A stretch of 11,355 nt of DNA from Thermodesulfovibrionales bacterium (GCA_044450345.1 JBIOIY010000072.1:1-11355), one strand, 5' to 3'. Counted from the first letter of the stretch, positions 1 through 7,163 are shown. Numbers and translations are program-made. Notes: generated by a model not told the origin, from the sequence alone.

Positions 1-126
1 AAGGACGAAATACCACGACTGATAAAGAACTGCATGAAATCCCGCCAACGATCTCGACAAACTACACTTGAAATAATCAGCTATGAAGAACTTAAAGCGG
101 CATCGGTTGCGCTCGATGCCGCTTAA
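1..126 (+). CDS. Possible 3' end of an unidentified CDS running in from the left edge (…KDEIPRLIKNCMKSRQRSRQTTLEIISYEELKAASVALDAA*)
   Basis: Frame 1 is open from base 1 to TAA 124-126 and a + strand terminator follows at 139-163. No recognisable motif, and the frame assignment is uncertain. Confidence 0.35.
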   Translation, partial: KDEIPRLIKNCMKSRQRSRQTTLEIISYEELKAASVALDAA

Positions 127-138
127 GTTAACACCTAT

Positions 139-163
139 GGGCGGAGAGCCCGCCCTTTTTTTT
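139..163 (+). terminator. Rho-independent terminator
   Basis: GGGCGG (139-144) / CCGCCC (150-155) stem, 5-nt loop, then T8 (156-163). Confidence 0.85.
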
Positions 164-381
164 GAGAAACTAGAGTAGTCAGCGGTCTTTTCTGTTATAT
201 CTTCTGGCACACTATGATTATCTCTTCTCGTTATGGGCAATGGATGCTATGCTGTTATTGACAGTGCCTGTATTCGTTATTTCAGTGCGCGTGAAGGAGG
301 CTTAAGTGGCTGGCCATTTATTTAATAATACTGTTCGTGATGTCTTGCATCCGGAAAATTGAAACATAAGGAGAAAATACC

Positions 382-1224
382 ATGGATTGTGCACAATCTT
401 GTCCGGTAGGAAAACTTGAGAAGTTGCTTTTGTCTACTGACGGGTCCCAATACAGCGAGGGAGCGATACAAGAGGCAATCAGCTTTGCCTCGAAATGCTC
501 AAGCAAGATTTATGTATGCATGGTGCTTGAGACAAACCCCGAATATGAAACCATCGGCTCCAACGTCTTTGAGAAAGAAGAAGAAGAGGCAACAGCTCAT
601 CTTGAATCCATCAAAGCAAGGGCTACAAAAGAAGGATTGAGATGCGAAACCATTTTTCATGAATCAATCAAGGCATCTGAAGCAATCGTGGATGAAGCCA
701 CTGAGAGGAAAGTTGACATGATCGTGATCGGCAGACACGGTCGTAAAGGCCTGTCGAAGGCCCTTATGGGTGAGGACGCCGCAAGGGTTATCGCCCATGC
801 ACCCTGCAAGGTTTTGGTGGTTCCGAAGGCTGCCAGGATTGAATACAGAAACATATTGGTTGCCACTGACGGTTCGATCCACAGCAACGCTGCACTCACA
901 GAAGCTATTGCTATTGCCAAACGCTGTGGCAGCCATCTCATTGCACTTTCCGCGATGCGTGATGAAACGGAGCGGCAAGAGGCGGAAAACTACGCAAACA
1001 AAGCCATTGACCTGGCACAAAAGGAAGGAGTATCAGCAGAAGCGGTTACACCGATAGGAAGATCATTCGATGCAATAGTTGAAACAGCAGGCGGCAGGGG
1101 AGTCGACTTGATAGTTATGGGGACCTACGGCAAGACAGGAGTAAAAAAATTGCTCATGGGAAGCTCAACAGAAAAGGTCATCGGCAATGCAGGCTGTGCC
1201 GTGCTGGTTGTGAAGGCAGGATAA
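382..1224 (+). CDS. Universal stress protein with two tandem USP domains
   Basis: Two USP repeats: LLLSTDGSQYS…VDMIVIGRHGRKG and ILVATDGSIHS…VDLIVMGTYGKTGVKKLLMGSSTEKV…CAVLVVK. SD AAGGAG precedes the ATG. Confidence 0.95.
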   Translation: MDCAQSCPVGKLEKLLLSTDGSQYSEGAIQEAISFASKCSSKIYVCMVLETNPEYETIGSNVFEKEEEEATAHLESIKARATKEGLRCETIFHESIKASEAIVDEATERKVDMIVIGRHGRKGLSKALMGEDAARVIAHAPCKVLVVPKAARIEYRNILVATDGSIHSNAALTEAIAIAKRCGSHLIALSAMRDETERQEAENYANKAIDLAQKEGVSAEAVTPIGRSFDAIVETAGGRGVDLIVMGTYGKTGVKKLLMGSSTEKVIGNAGCAVLVVKAG

Positions 1225-1298
1225 TAAAGAATTTCACTATAATGCAGCTTCCGTGATAGTGCACAGGCCATGTTTATGAAAAATCGCCTGAAGAAGAG

Positions 1299-1634
1299 AT
1301 GGGAATCAAATATATTCTTTATTTTCTGATCGGAGGGACCATCATAACCGTGGTCACGTATTTCGCCAGCCACGCAAGGACCATGGTTGCCGCCTTTTTC
1401 GCCAATCTCCCGGTGATAACACTGATTACCTTTCTCACAATATATTATGAAGCCGGCCAGAGGGCGGTCGTTCCTTATGCGCATGGGCTGATTATTATGC
1501 TGTTCCCGTGGCTGGCATATATCGGTGCGGTCATTTTTCTGACGCCGAGGATCGGGGTCATCCCTTCCCTGCTGATAGGGTTTTCCTTATATCTCTTTCT
1601 CGCCTACATGGTAATCTTTGTGAAGAGGTTCTGA
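1299..1634 (+). CDS. Small integral membrane protein, DUF3147/GlpM-like (about 4 TM)
   Basis: 111 aa hydrophobic protein. FLIGG N-terminus and AAFFANLPVITL motif recognised from memory as this family. Confidence 0.7.
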   Translation: MGIKYILYFLIGGTIITVVTYFASHARTMVAAFFANLPVITLITFLTIYYEAGQRAVVPYAHGLIIMLFPWLAYIGAVIFLTPRIGVIPSLLIGFSLYLFLAYMVIFVKRF

Positions 1635-1653
1635 TGACGGACCTGATTTGGAA

Positions 1654-2205
1654 TCAGGCGGGTGAAGAGGGACCTGCTTTTTCCCATAGCGGTAGGGCCG
1701 CCTTGATGAGGATGTGCGGTTTTATCCTTATCGCGCCGAAGAGCGCGCTGAAAGGCTTAATCCCGAAGTCGGGCAGGTTGAGCCGGGCCTCGGCGACGTA
1801 ATAGCCGTCCTCGTCCCGTGCTGTGAACAGCATATCCTTCTCTCTGCCGCGGAGAGTAAGCGTCCCACTGATCCGGTAGGACGAGTCCTCCTTTGTCACA
1901 GAAGAGGAACAGAAGAAACTGTACCTGTGGTTAGCCGCGTCGAGTACGTCCTTGAGGATATTATCATCGATCTCTTTCATGCTTTCCCGGCCCAGAAGGT
2001 CCCGCCGCTCAACTCCGTCGGCCATGGCACAGTCTACGCGCAGCGACCCTGCATCGAAGCGGGCATTTATACTGGCGTCGTTATCGCCGAGTTCGATTAC
2101 AAAAGAAGTGACATTGATGCGAAGGTCGTGGGCGAGGACCGAAAGCGGGCCTTCCTTGTACGTGAAGATCTGGCATGTCGCGGACGTCTGATCAAAGCTT
2201 CTCAT
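1654..2205 (-). CDS. YceI-family lipid/polyisoprenoid-binding protein, no signal peptide
   Basis: KEGPLSVLAHDL, ISGTLTLRG and LPDFGIKPFSALFGAIRIK motifs. Start placed at ATG 2205 (M40 of the 222-aa ORF) because the extension is AT-rich and contains a TATAAT (2262-2257) and an SD. Confidence 0.85.
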   Translation of the reverse strand: MRSFDQTSATCQIFTYKEGPLSVLAHDLRINVTSFVIELGDNDASINARFDAGSLRVDCAMADGVERRDLLGRESMKEIDDNILKDVLDAANHRYSFFCSSSVTKEDSSYRISGTLTLRGREKDMLFTARDEDGYYVAEARLNLPDFGIKPFSALFGAIRIKPHILIKAALPLWEKAGPSSPA

Positions 2206-2231
2206 GTGGCGGTCGTAAAGTGGACAAGCAT
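2202..2231 (-). other. 9-codon upstream ORF MLVHFTTAT whose stop overlaps the yceI start (ATGA)
   Basis: SD GGGAGG (2245-2240) lies 8 nt before ATG 2231. TGA 2204-2202 overlaps the yceI ATG 2205-2203. Confidence 0.45.
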
Positions 2232-2415
2232 CTGTTTTTCCTCCCGTATTTTCTCTATTATATGATTTTTTAGTGTGAACGGCTATGATTATTACTACGG
2301 CAGTTAAAAACCTTAATGTCATTCCCTTATGTCTCTATGATGCAGATCATTTAATCCCCATAGGAGATGGGTTAAAATAAGATAAGAACATGAACTAATG
2401 CCAAGGAGGTCTGAA

Positions 2416-2643
2416 ATGCTTGACAGAACAAAGGTAGAGGAAGTTATCGAGAGGGTGAGGCCCATGCTTCAGCGTGACGGGGGCGACGTGCAGCTCATGG
2501 ATGTGACGGACGACAACGTGGTAAAGGTCAAACTTACGGGGGCATGCGGACACTGTCCCATGTCGATGATGACGCTTAAGGGCGGCATCGAAGCGGAACT
2601 GAAGAAGAACTTGCCGGAGCTGAAGGCGGTCGAAGCGGTGTAA
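2416..2643 (+). CDS. NifU C-terminal domain (Nfu-type) Fe-S cluster carrier
   Basis: VRPMLQRDGGDVQL…VKLTGACGHCPMS…TLKGGIE with a CxxC motif. SD AAGGAGGT precedes ATG 2416, preferred over 2398. Confidence 0.93.
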   Translation: MLDRTKVEEVIERVRPMLQRDGGDVQLMDVTDDNVVKVKLTGACGHCPMSMMTLKGGIEAELKKNLPELKAVEAV

Positions 2644-2649
2644 CGACGC

Positions 2650-3075
2650 TCAGTCTTTGTCCCGTTCCCGCCTTATTTTCCCTTCCTTCTGCTTGAATTT
2701 GCGGAAGGCCACGGAAAGGGTGGAGGATTCGGTGATGGCACCCGATATCAGGAGGACGTCCATTATCTCTTCAAGTGAGGCGCCCTCCCGGAGGGCCCTG
2801 TCCATATGGGCTTCGAGGCAGTGCTCACACCTGAGGGCGGTTGCTGCTGCTACCGCCACGAGTTCCACGGTCTTTTTGTCGAGGGCAAGGGGACTATATA
2901 CGGATCTGCCTTTCAGCATGTAAGGGTTAAATGTGCGTGGTCTTTCCTTGAGGGTCGACAGGAGAAATCCCAGCCTGCCATTTTGTTTTTCGACAGCTGC
3001 AGCAAGCGCCTCGGCAAGCTTCGCGTCGTTCATCAGCGCCTCTGCCTCTTTCAGGATATTTTTCTTCTTTGCCAT
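2650..3075 (-). CDS. Carboxymuconolactone decarboxylase / AhpD-like alkylhydroperoxidase family protein
   Basis: LDKKTVELVAVAAATALRCEHCLEAHMDRALREGAS matches the AhpD E-x-CxxC-x3-H core. SD AAGGAG. Confidence 0.9.
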   Translation of the reverse strand: MAKKKNILKEAEALMNDAKLAEALAAAVEKQNGRLGFLLSTLKERPRTFNPYMLKGRSVYSPLALDKKTVELVAVAAATALRCEHCLEAHMDRALREGASLEEIMDVLLISGAITESSTLSVAFRKFKQKEGKIRRERDKD

Positions 3076-3105
3076 TTCGCACTCCTTGATAAAACGTCCT
3101 GATAT

Positions 3106-3468
3106 CTAGGCTTCGTCCAATTCCGTCCTGACGAGAGCGAGTATGGCAGAATGGGGGACGATAAGGTATTTCTTCCCGTCAAACTCTATCTCTATCGCCG
3201 ACTCTTTTAAAAAGATCGCATAGTCGCCCTCTACAGCCTGAAGCGGTATATACTTCAGTTCTCTCTTCTCGGAAGACCAGGACTCCCCGGAACCCGGGTC
3301 GTGGACAGCGTAGCCCGGTCCGGTCTTTGCGACATATCCGCCGATGACCTTCTCTTTTTCCCTGACCGTGGGAGGCAGATATAGTCCGGACGTCGTCCTG
3401 TCCGTTTTCTCGTCCGGGTCTATGAGCACCCTGTCTCCGACAGCGATAAGATTCTTTTTTGCCTTCAT
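3106..3468 (-). CDS. Co-chaperonin GroES-family protein (long, divergent type; no adjacent groEL)
   Basis: VGDRVLI…TTSGLYLP…GYVAKTGPG…GDYAIF…EIEFDGKKYLIVPHSAILA is the Cpn10 pattern. Confidence 0.9.
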   Translation of the reverse strand: MKAKKNLIAVGDRVLIDPDEKTDRTTSGLYLPPTVREKEKVIGGYVAKTGPGYAVHDPGSGESWSSEKRELKYIPLQAVEGDYAIFLKESAIEIEFDGKKYLIVPHSAILALVRTELDEA

Positions 3469-3543
3469 CCGTCTATTTTAAAATATTCCGGATCAAACTC
3501 TGTATTAAATTTAAGTTCGTTCATCCATTATACTATGAAAGGA

Positions 3544-4104
3544 ATGAACAAGAGCAAAGAGCTTTTGAAGATAGCCGAAGAGATAGTGAAATGCTCCCTC
3601 TGCAAAAAGTGGGGGACCGGCAAACCAGTCCCCGGCGAGGGGAACCCCGATGCCAGGATAGTCTTTATCGGAGAGGCCCCCGGTAAACAGGAGGCGAAGA
3701 CAGGACGTCCTTTCATCGGCAGGTCGGGCAAGCTGCTGAGGGCGATGATTTCGGATGCCGGTCTTCCTGAGGAAGACGTCTACATTACCAGCCCTGTAAA
3801 GTATATTCCGCTTCGAGGCACGCCCTCACGGGAAAACATCCTCCATGCAAGGACCCATCTCCTTCGGCAGCTGTCGGTCATCAGTCCCGGGATTGTCGTC
3901 CTTCTCGGAAATACCGCATGCCTTGCGCTTCTCGATCGTAAGGTCGAGATGACGAAGGAGCACGGCAACAGCATATGCAAAGACGGCATCACCTACTTCC
4001 TCACATTTCATCCTGCCTATGCCTTGCGCTTCCCCGAAGGGAAGAAGGGCTTCATCAGTGATTTTAAGAAGCTGCGCGGCCTGATAACCGGACCCGGTTT
4101 TTAG
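3544..4104 (+). CDS. Uracil-DNA glycosylase, family 4-like variant
   Basis: CxxC, GEG, motif A IGEAPG, GRPFIGRSG and motif B TFHPAY. The start could be 3535 or 3544; 3544 preferred because TATACT sits at 3529-3534. Confidence 0.9.
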   Translation: MNKSKELLKIAEEIVKCSLCKKWGTGKPVPGEGNPDARIVFIGEAPGKQEAKTGRPFIGRSGKLLRAMISDAGLPEEDVYITSPVKYIPLRGTPSRENILHARTHLLRQLSVISPGIVVLLGNTACLALLDRKVEMTKEHGNSICKDGITYFLTFHPAYALRFPEGKKGFISDFKKLRGLITGPGF

Positions 4105-4134
4105 GCACAGCCTCTCCTGCGTTGGCTGGATGAT

Positions 4135-4251
4135 ATTGAAACGGACAGCGAGCGCATTCCCCGTAGCTTGCCGCGGGGTTAGCGAGCGAATATTATAAAA
4201 ATAATTCCTTGCGTTAAGATACCCTGCTGTCTTGCCGCAGGGTTCTTCATT
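4135..4251. mobile_element. Non-autonomous palindromic miniature element (two related hairpins; IS200/IS605-end or REP-like)
   Basis: Hairpins CCCCGT-agcttgcc-GCGGGG (4159-4178) and ACCCTGC-tgtcttgcc-GCAGGGT (4221-4243) share CTTGCCGCRGGGTT. AGCGAGCG direct repeats at 4147-4154 and 4181-4188. AT-rich spacer. Lies between convergent genes. Confidence 0.6.
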
Positions 4252-4256
4252 CGGGA

Positions 4257-4622
4257 CTACCGGGGAGTGCCGTCGGCATTTTTTGCGTACCTGAGGCCCT
4301 CTGTTATGAGAAGCACAAATATCACCGTGAAGCCGGCAAGGATCCCAAAGACGTTCACGAGCCTCAGATAGACGAGAAGAGAGAGTATAGCAAAAAGAAG
4401 GAGAAGGCGGAACATGCTGAAGAAGATCATTCTGCCCGTTGCCCTCCCTGTCCTGATGAGCCCCCTTACGCCCCAGGCAAGACCCTTGATGTTCGCAAAT
4501 CCGAGCGCCCCTCCGATGATGATGCTCAGAGGGAGTTTTTTCCATTCTACAAGCGCCGAAACCAGGGCGAGGGGGATGAGGACCAGGAATGATTTCTTAT
4601 ATATCCCTTTTATCAGGTCCAT
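4257..4622 (-). CDS. atpI: ATP synthase subunit I (AtpI-like, 4 TM)
   Basis: Hydrophobic 121 aa with GGALGFANIKGL and FFSMFRLLLLFAIL…GILAGFTV pattern. Overlaps the end of the upstream AtpZ-like gene. Confidence 0.8.
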   Translation of the reverse strand: MDLIKGIYKKSFLVLIPLALVSALVEWKKLPLSIIIGGALGFANIKGLAWGVRGLIRTGRATGRMIFFSMFRLLLLFAILSLLVYLRLVNVFGILAGFTVIFVLLITEGLRYAKNADGTPR

Positions 4623-4827
4623 TGTCTTGTTTCCTCGCCAGTCTCACAAGGTCCCTGAATCCTGAGATGATGCCGAGGACAAGAAAGATCAGCGTAAGCC
4701 ACGGGAACGTGACCTTGAAGAGTTTGTCTAGTCCGTAACCTATGGCGAGGCCGATAAAAGTTGAAAAGACGAGGTTCAGCCCTACCGACCATGCCTTGAG
4801 AAAATCCTTCGAATACAGTTTCGTCAA
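4597..4827 (-). CDS. AtpZ/AtpI-family (ATPase gene1) small membrane protein
   Basis: SVGLNLVFSTFIGLAIGYGLDKLF…PWLTLIFLVLGIISGF. TTG start with an upstream GGGGG SD-like run. Confidence 0.88.
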   Translation of the reverse strand: MTKLYSKDFLKAWSVGLNLVFSTFIGLAIGYGLDKLFKVTFPWLTLIFLVLGIISGFRDLVRLARKQDNGPDKRDI

Positions 4828-4841
4828 TGTCCGCCCCCTAT

Positions 4842-5348
4842 CTATTCAACGCCTTCATATTCGCCCTCGACGAAATCTTTGGTGATCCCTGCGATCTCCC
4901 GGTAAAAAAGCGTCTTCGCCTCTTTTATGACTTGCTCACAGTAATAGGGTACCCAATTAACGATATGTTCTTCAAGGAATTTTCGCTGCATTTCACGGTT
5001 ATCGATGTCGATGGCATAGCTCATGAACAGAAACTCGAGTGAAATATGGTCCGGGACGGTTTCATATTCTTCGTCGAAGGTCAGCCCGGCGCCATAATAA
5101 AACTCCGTGACGGCATCGGTCGCGTTAGCACCGCCGGCATGTACGGACTCGATCGGCGGCGTGACGCCCTCCCCGTAGTTGTAGAGATAATCAAAATCCG
5201 CAACGACCTCCTCCTCTGTCTCCTTCGACTCCAATCCAAGGTCTTCTTTTATACTTTTCAGCTTTTCCGCATTGGGTGGCGCAAAAAATAGATCTGCAAG
5301 AATCCGGTAAGATTCAGCCCTTTCATTGTCGCCTTCGAGGAGCGCCAT
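4842..5348 (-). CDS. TorD/DmsD-family redox enzyme maturation chaperone
   Basis: YRILADLFFAPP, PPIESVH, VPDHISLEFLFM (E/P-D-H motif), FLEEHIVNWVP and FYREIA. Confidence 0.92.
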   Translation of the reverse strand: MALLEGDNERAESYRILADLFFAPPNAEKLKSIKEDLGLESKETEEEVVADFDYLYNYGEGVTPPIESVHAGGANATDAVTEFYYGAGLTFDEEYETVPDHISLEFLFMSYAIDIDNREMQRKFLEEHIVNWVPYYCEQVIKEAKTLFYREIAGITKDFVEGEYEGVE

Positions 5349-5406
5349 CCTGAAATCTTATTATATTTGACGGCGGAATAGCAAAAATGGCGGTGGATCG
5401 AAACTA

Positions 5407-7086
5407 TTAAGGAAAGAAGAGAGAGAAGGTCGAACCTTTGCCGATAATGCTCGTGACGGCAATGAAGCCCCCCTGGTCTTCCATTATCTTTTTGCTGATA
5501 GAGAGTCCCAGCCCGATCCCTCTCTTCGCGACCCTAGTCGTGAAAAAAGGCTCGAAAATCTTGTCCATGTTTTTTTCGGGAATGCCCTCACCCGTATCGC
5601 TAATGTGCACTGCTGCATGAGGTATGGCGTTCACCTGTTCCCGGGCAGTGGCGACCGCCAGTGTCCCCCCGGCGGGCATGGCGTCGATGGCGTTCAATAT
5701 GATGTTGCCGACGACCTCTTTCACCTGCTCCCTGTCGATCCGCACCTGCGGTACGTCGACGTATGCCTTTTCGACCTTTATCGCATGTTCGGTCAATATC
5801 TCTTCATACATCTTTAACACGTCATCGAGCACATCCGCTATATTTTCCCGCGAGAACCTGGGAACGGGCACCCGTGAATAACCCAGGACTTCCCTGAGGA
5901 TATTCTCGAGGGCCGAGACTTCCAATACGATTGAATCTGCATATTCCCGTTCTGCCGTCCCCTCGGTGAGCCTTTTTTGCAGACGTCTTGCAAACCCGCC
6001 GACAGAGGTCAGAGGGTTTCGTATCTCGTGGGCAACGTTCGCCGTTATCCTGCCGAGGGCCGCCAGCTTTTCACTCTGTACGAGCCGTTCCTGAAGCCGT
6101 CCTTTCTCTTCTTCGGCCCTGCGGCGTTCGATTACCCCCGCCAGGGTATTTGCGACAGCCGACAGGAAAGCCTCTTCGGAGGTGTCCCTTTTATGCCATT
6201 GCCGCACATGTACATTTATCAGTCCCAGGGGCTTTCCGCCGGAGACGATTGGCACGCAGTAGTGTCCATGGGCAGACATCTCTTCAAACCGTATCTCATG
6301 ACCTTCGCCCACGCAGTCGGCGAAAACGACTTCGCATTGAGCCGCGGCACGGCCGCAGAGGCATTTACCCATGGGGACTTTCCCGCATGAGGTCCGCTCC
6401 TGGAGGGTCATCCCACGCTCCGACTTCAACGCGAGTTCCTTAGGCTCGCCCTCAACGAGGTAGATGGAGGCCTTTGACTGAAGGGAAAGATAGGGTACGG
6501 AAAGGATAAGGTCAAGGGCGCTGTCGAGCTGGACGTCAAGGGGGACTGGCTCTAGGGACGACTTCAGCAGGACGTTCATTACCCTCTGTATGTGGTAGTT
6601 CCGCTCGATCTGTTCCTGGGCCTGCACCCGCTCCGAAATGTCCCTTATCGCCGCGGTGACCAGCAACTCCCTTTCGATCTGGATCGGGCTGAGACTGATG
6701 TCTCCCCGGAACTCCGTACCGTCCTTCCTCCTGGCGTAGATCTTGAGGTCGCCCCCCATGGAACGCACCTTGGGGTTCGAAAAGTACCCCTCGACAAACT
6801 TTCGGTGCTGACCGCGGAAGCGCTCCGGGATCAGAATATCCAACTCCTTCCCGACTACTTCTTCCTGGGTGTATCCGAAGAGCTTTTCCATCTGGGGATT
6901 CACAAGGACGATCTTGTAGGAGCGGTCCACAAAGATCATCGCGTCGGGAGCGGCATCGAGGAGTTTCTCATACCGCCGGCGTGCACCATCGAACTCCCTC
7001 CTGCACGCTTCCAGTTGTTCGAGTTTGACGCGCATCTCCCCGAGTTCATGCGCAAGCTCTTCTCTTGTCTTAACAGGATCTTTCAC
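5407..7086 (-). CDS. Cytoplasmic PAS-GAF sensor histidine kinase (HisKA + HATPase_c)
   Basis: N-terminal coiled coil, PAS (APDAMIFVD…VNPQMEKLFGY…RRKDGTEF), GAF, H-box AHEIRNPL, N-box NIILNAIDAM, G1 DTGEGI, F IFEPFFTT, G2 GIGLGL. GTG start with SD GGAAGGA. Confidence 0.96.
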   Translation of the reverse strand: MKDPVKTREELAHELGEMRVKLEQLEACRREFDGARRRYEKLLDAAPDAMIFVDRSYKIVLVNPQMEKLFGYTQEEVVGKELDILIPERFRGQHRKFVEGYFSNPKVRSMGGDLKIYARRKDGTEFRGDISLSPIQIERELLVTAAIRDISERVQAQEQIERNYHIQRVMNVLLKSSLEPVPLDVQLDSALDLILSVPYLSLQSKASIYLVEGEPKELALKSERGMTLQERTSCGKVPMGKCLCGRAAAQCEVVFADCVGEGHEIRFEEMSAHGHYCVPIVSGGKPLGLINVHVRQWHKRDTSEEAFLSAVANTLAGVIERRRAEEEKGRLQERLVQSEKLAALGRITANVAHEIRNPLTSVGGFARRLQKRLTEGTAEREYADSIVLEVSALENILREVLGYSRVPVPRFSRENIADVLDDVLKMYEEILTEHAIKVEKAYVDVPQVRIDREQVKEVVGNIILNAIDAMPAGGTLAVATAREQVNAIPHAAVHISDTGEGIPEKNMDKIFEPFFTTRVAKRGIGLGLSISKKIMEDQGGFIAVTSIIGKGSTFSLFFP

Positions 7087-7106
7087 GTAGCATCCTTCCA
7101 GTTATT

Positions 7107-7134
7107 AGTATATCAGGTATGAAGTCCGTTACAA
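7107..7134 (-). promoter_or_regulatory. Putative sigma70 promoter of the histidine kinase
   Basis: On the minus strand: TTGTAA (7134-7129), 16-nt spacer ending TGA (extended -10 TGn), then TATACT (7112-7107), 20 nt before the GTG. Confidence 0.5.
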
Positions 7135-7163
7135 GGATGGCCCGGCTTCCCGCGCCGGACCCC

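Noticed and set aside
1..163. tmRNA, suggested by a tag-like ALDAA* ending within a hairpin
   Set aside because: No downstream pseudoknot region, T-arm or CCA acceptor end; a terminator follows immediately.
205..220. TGGCAC as a possible sigma54 -24 box
   Set aside because: No TTGC at the required -12 spacing.
1714..2265. 183-aa plus-strand ORF
   Set aside because: Antisense shadow of yceI, with no motifs.
2206..2322. 39-aa N-terminal extension of YceI resembling a signal peptide
   Set aside because: AT-rich, contains the apparent -10 box and SD, and has no clear SD before 2322. More likely promoter DNA.
3826..4545. 239-aa minus-strand ORF
   Set aside because: Overlaps atpI out of frame, crosses the repeat element and runs antisense into udg. 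Composition is not protein-like.
5438..7122. Several plus-strand ORFs (60-176 aa) inside the kinase gene
   Set aside because: Antisense shadows of a well-supported gene.
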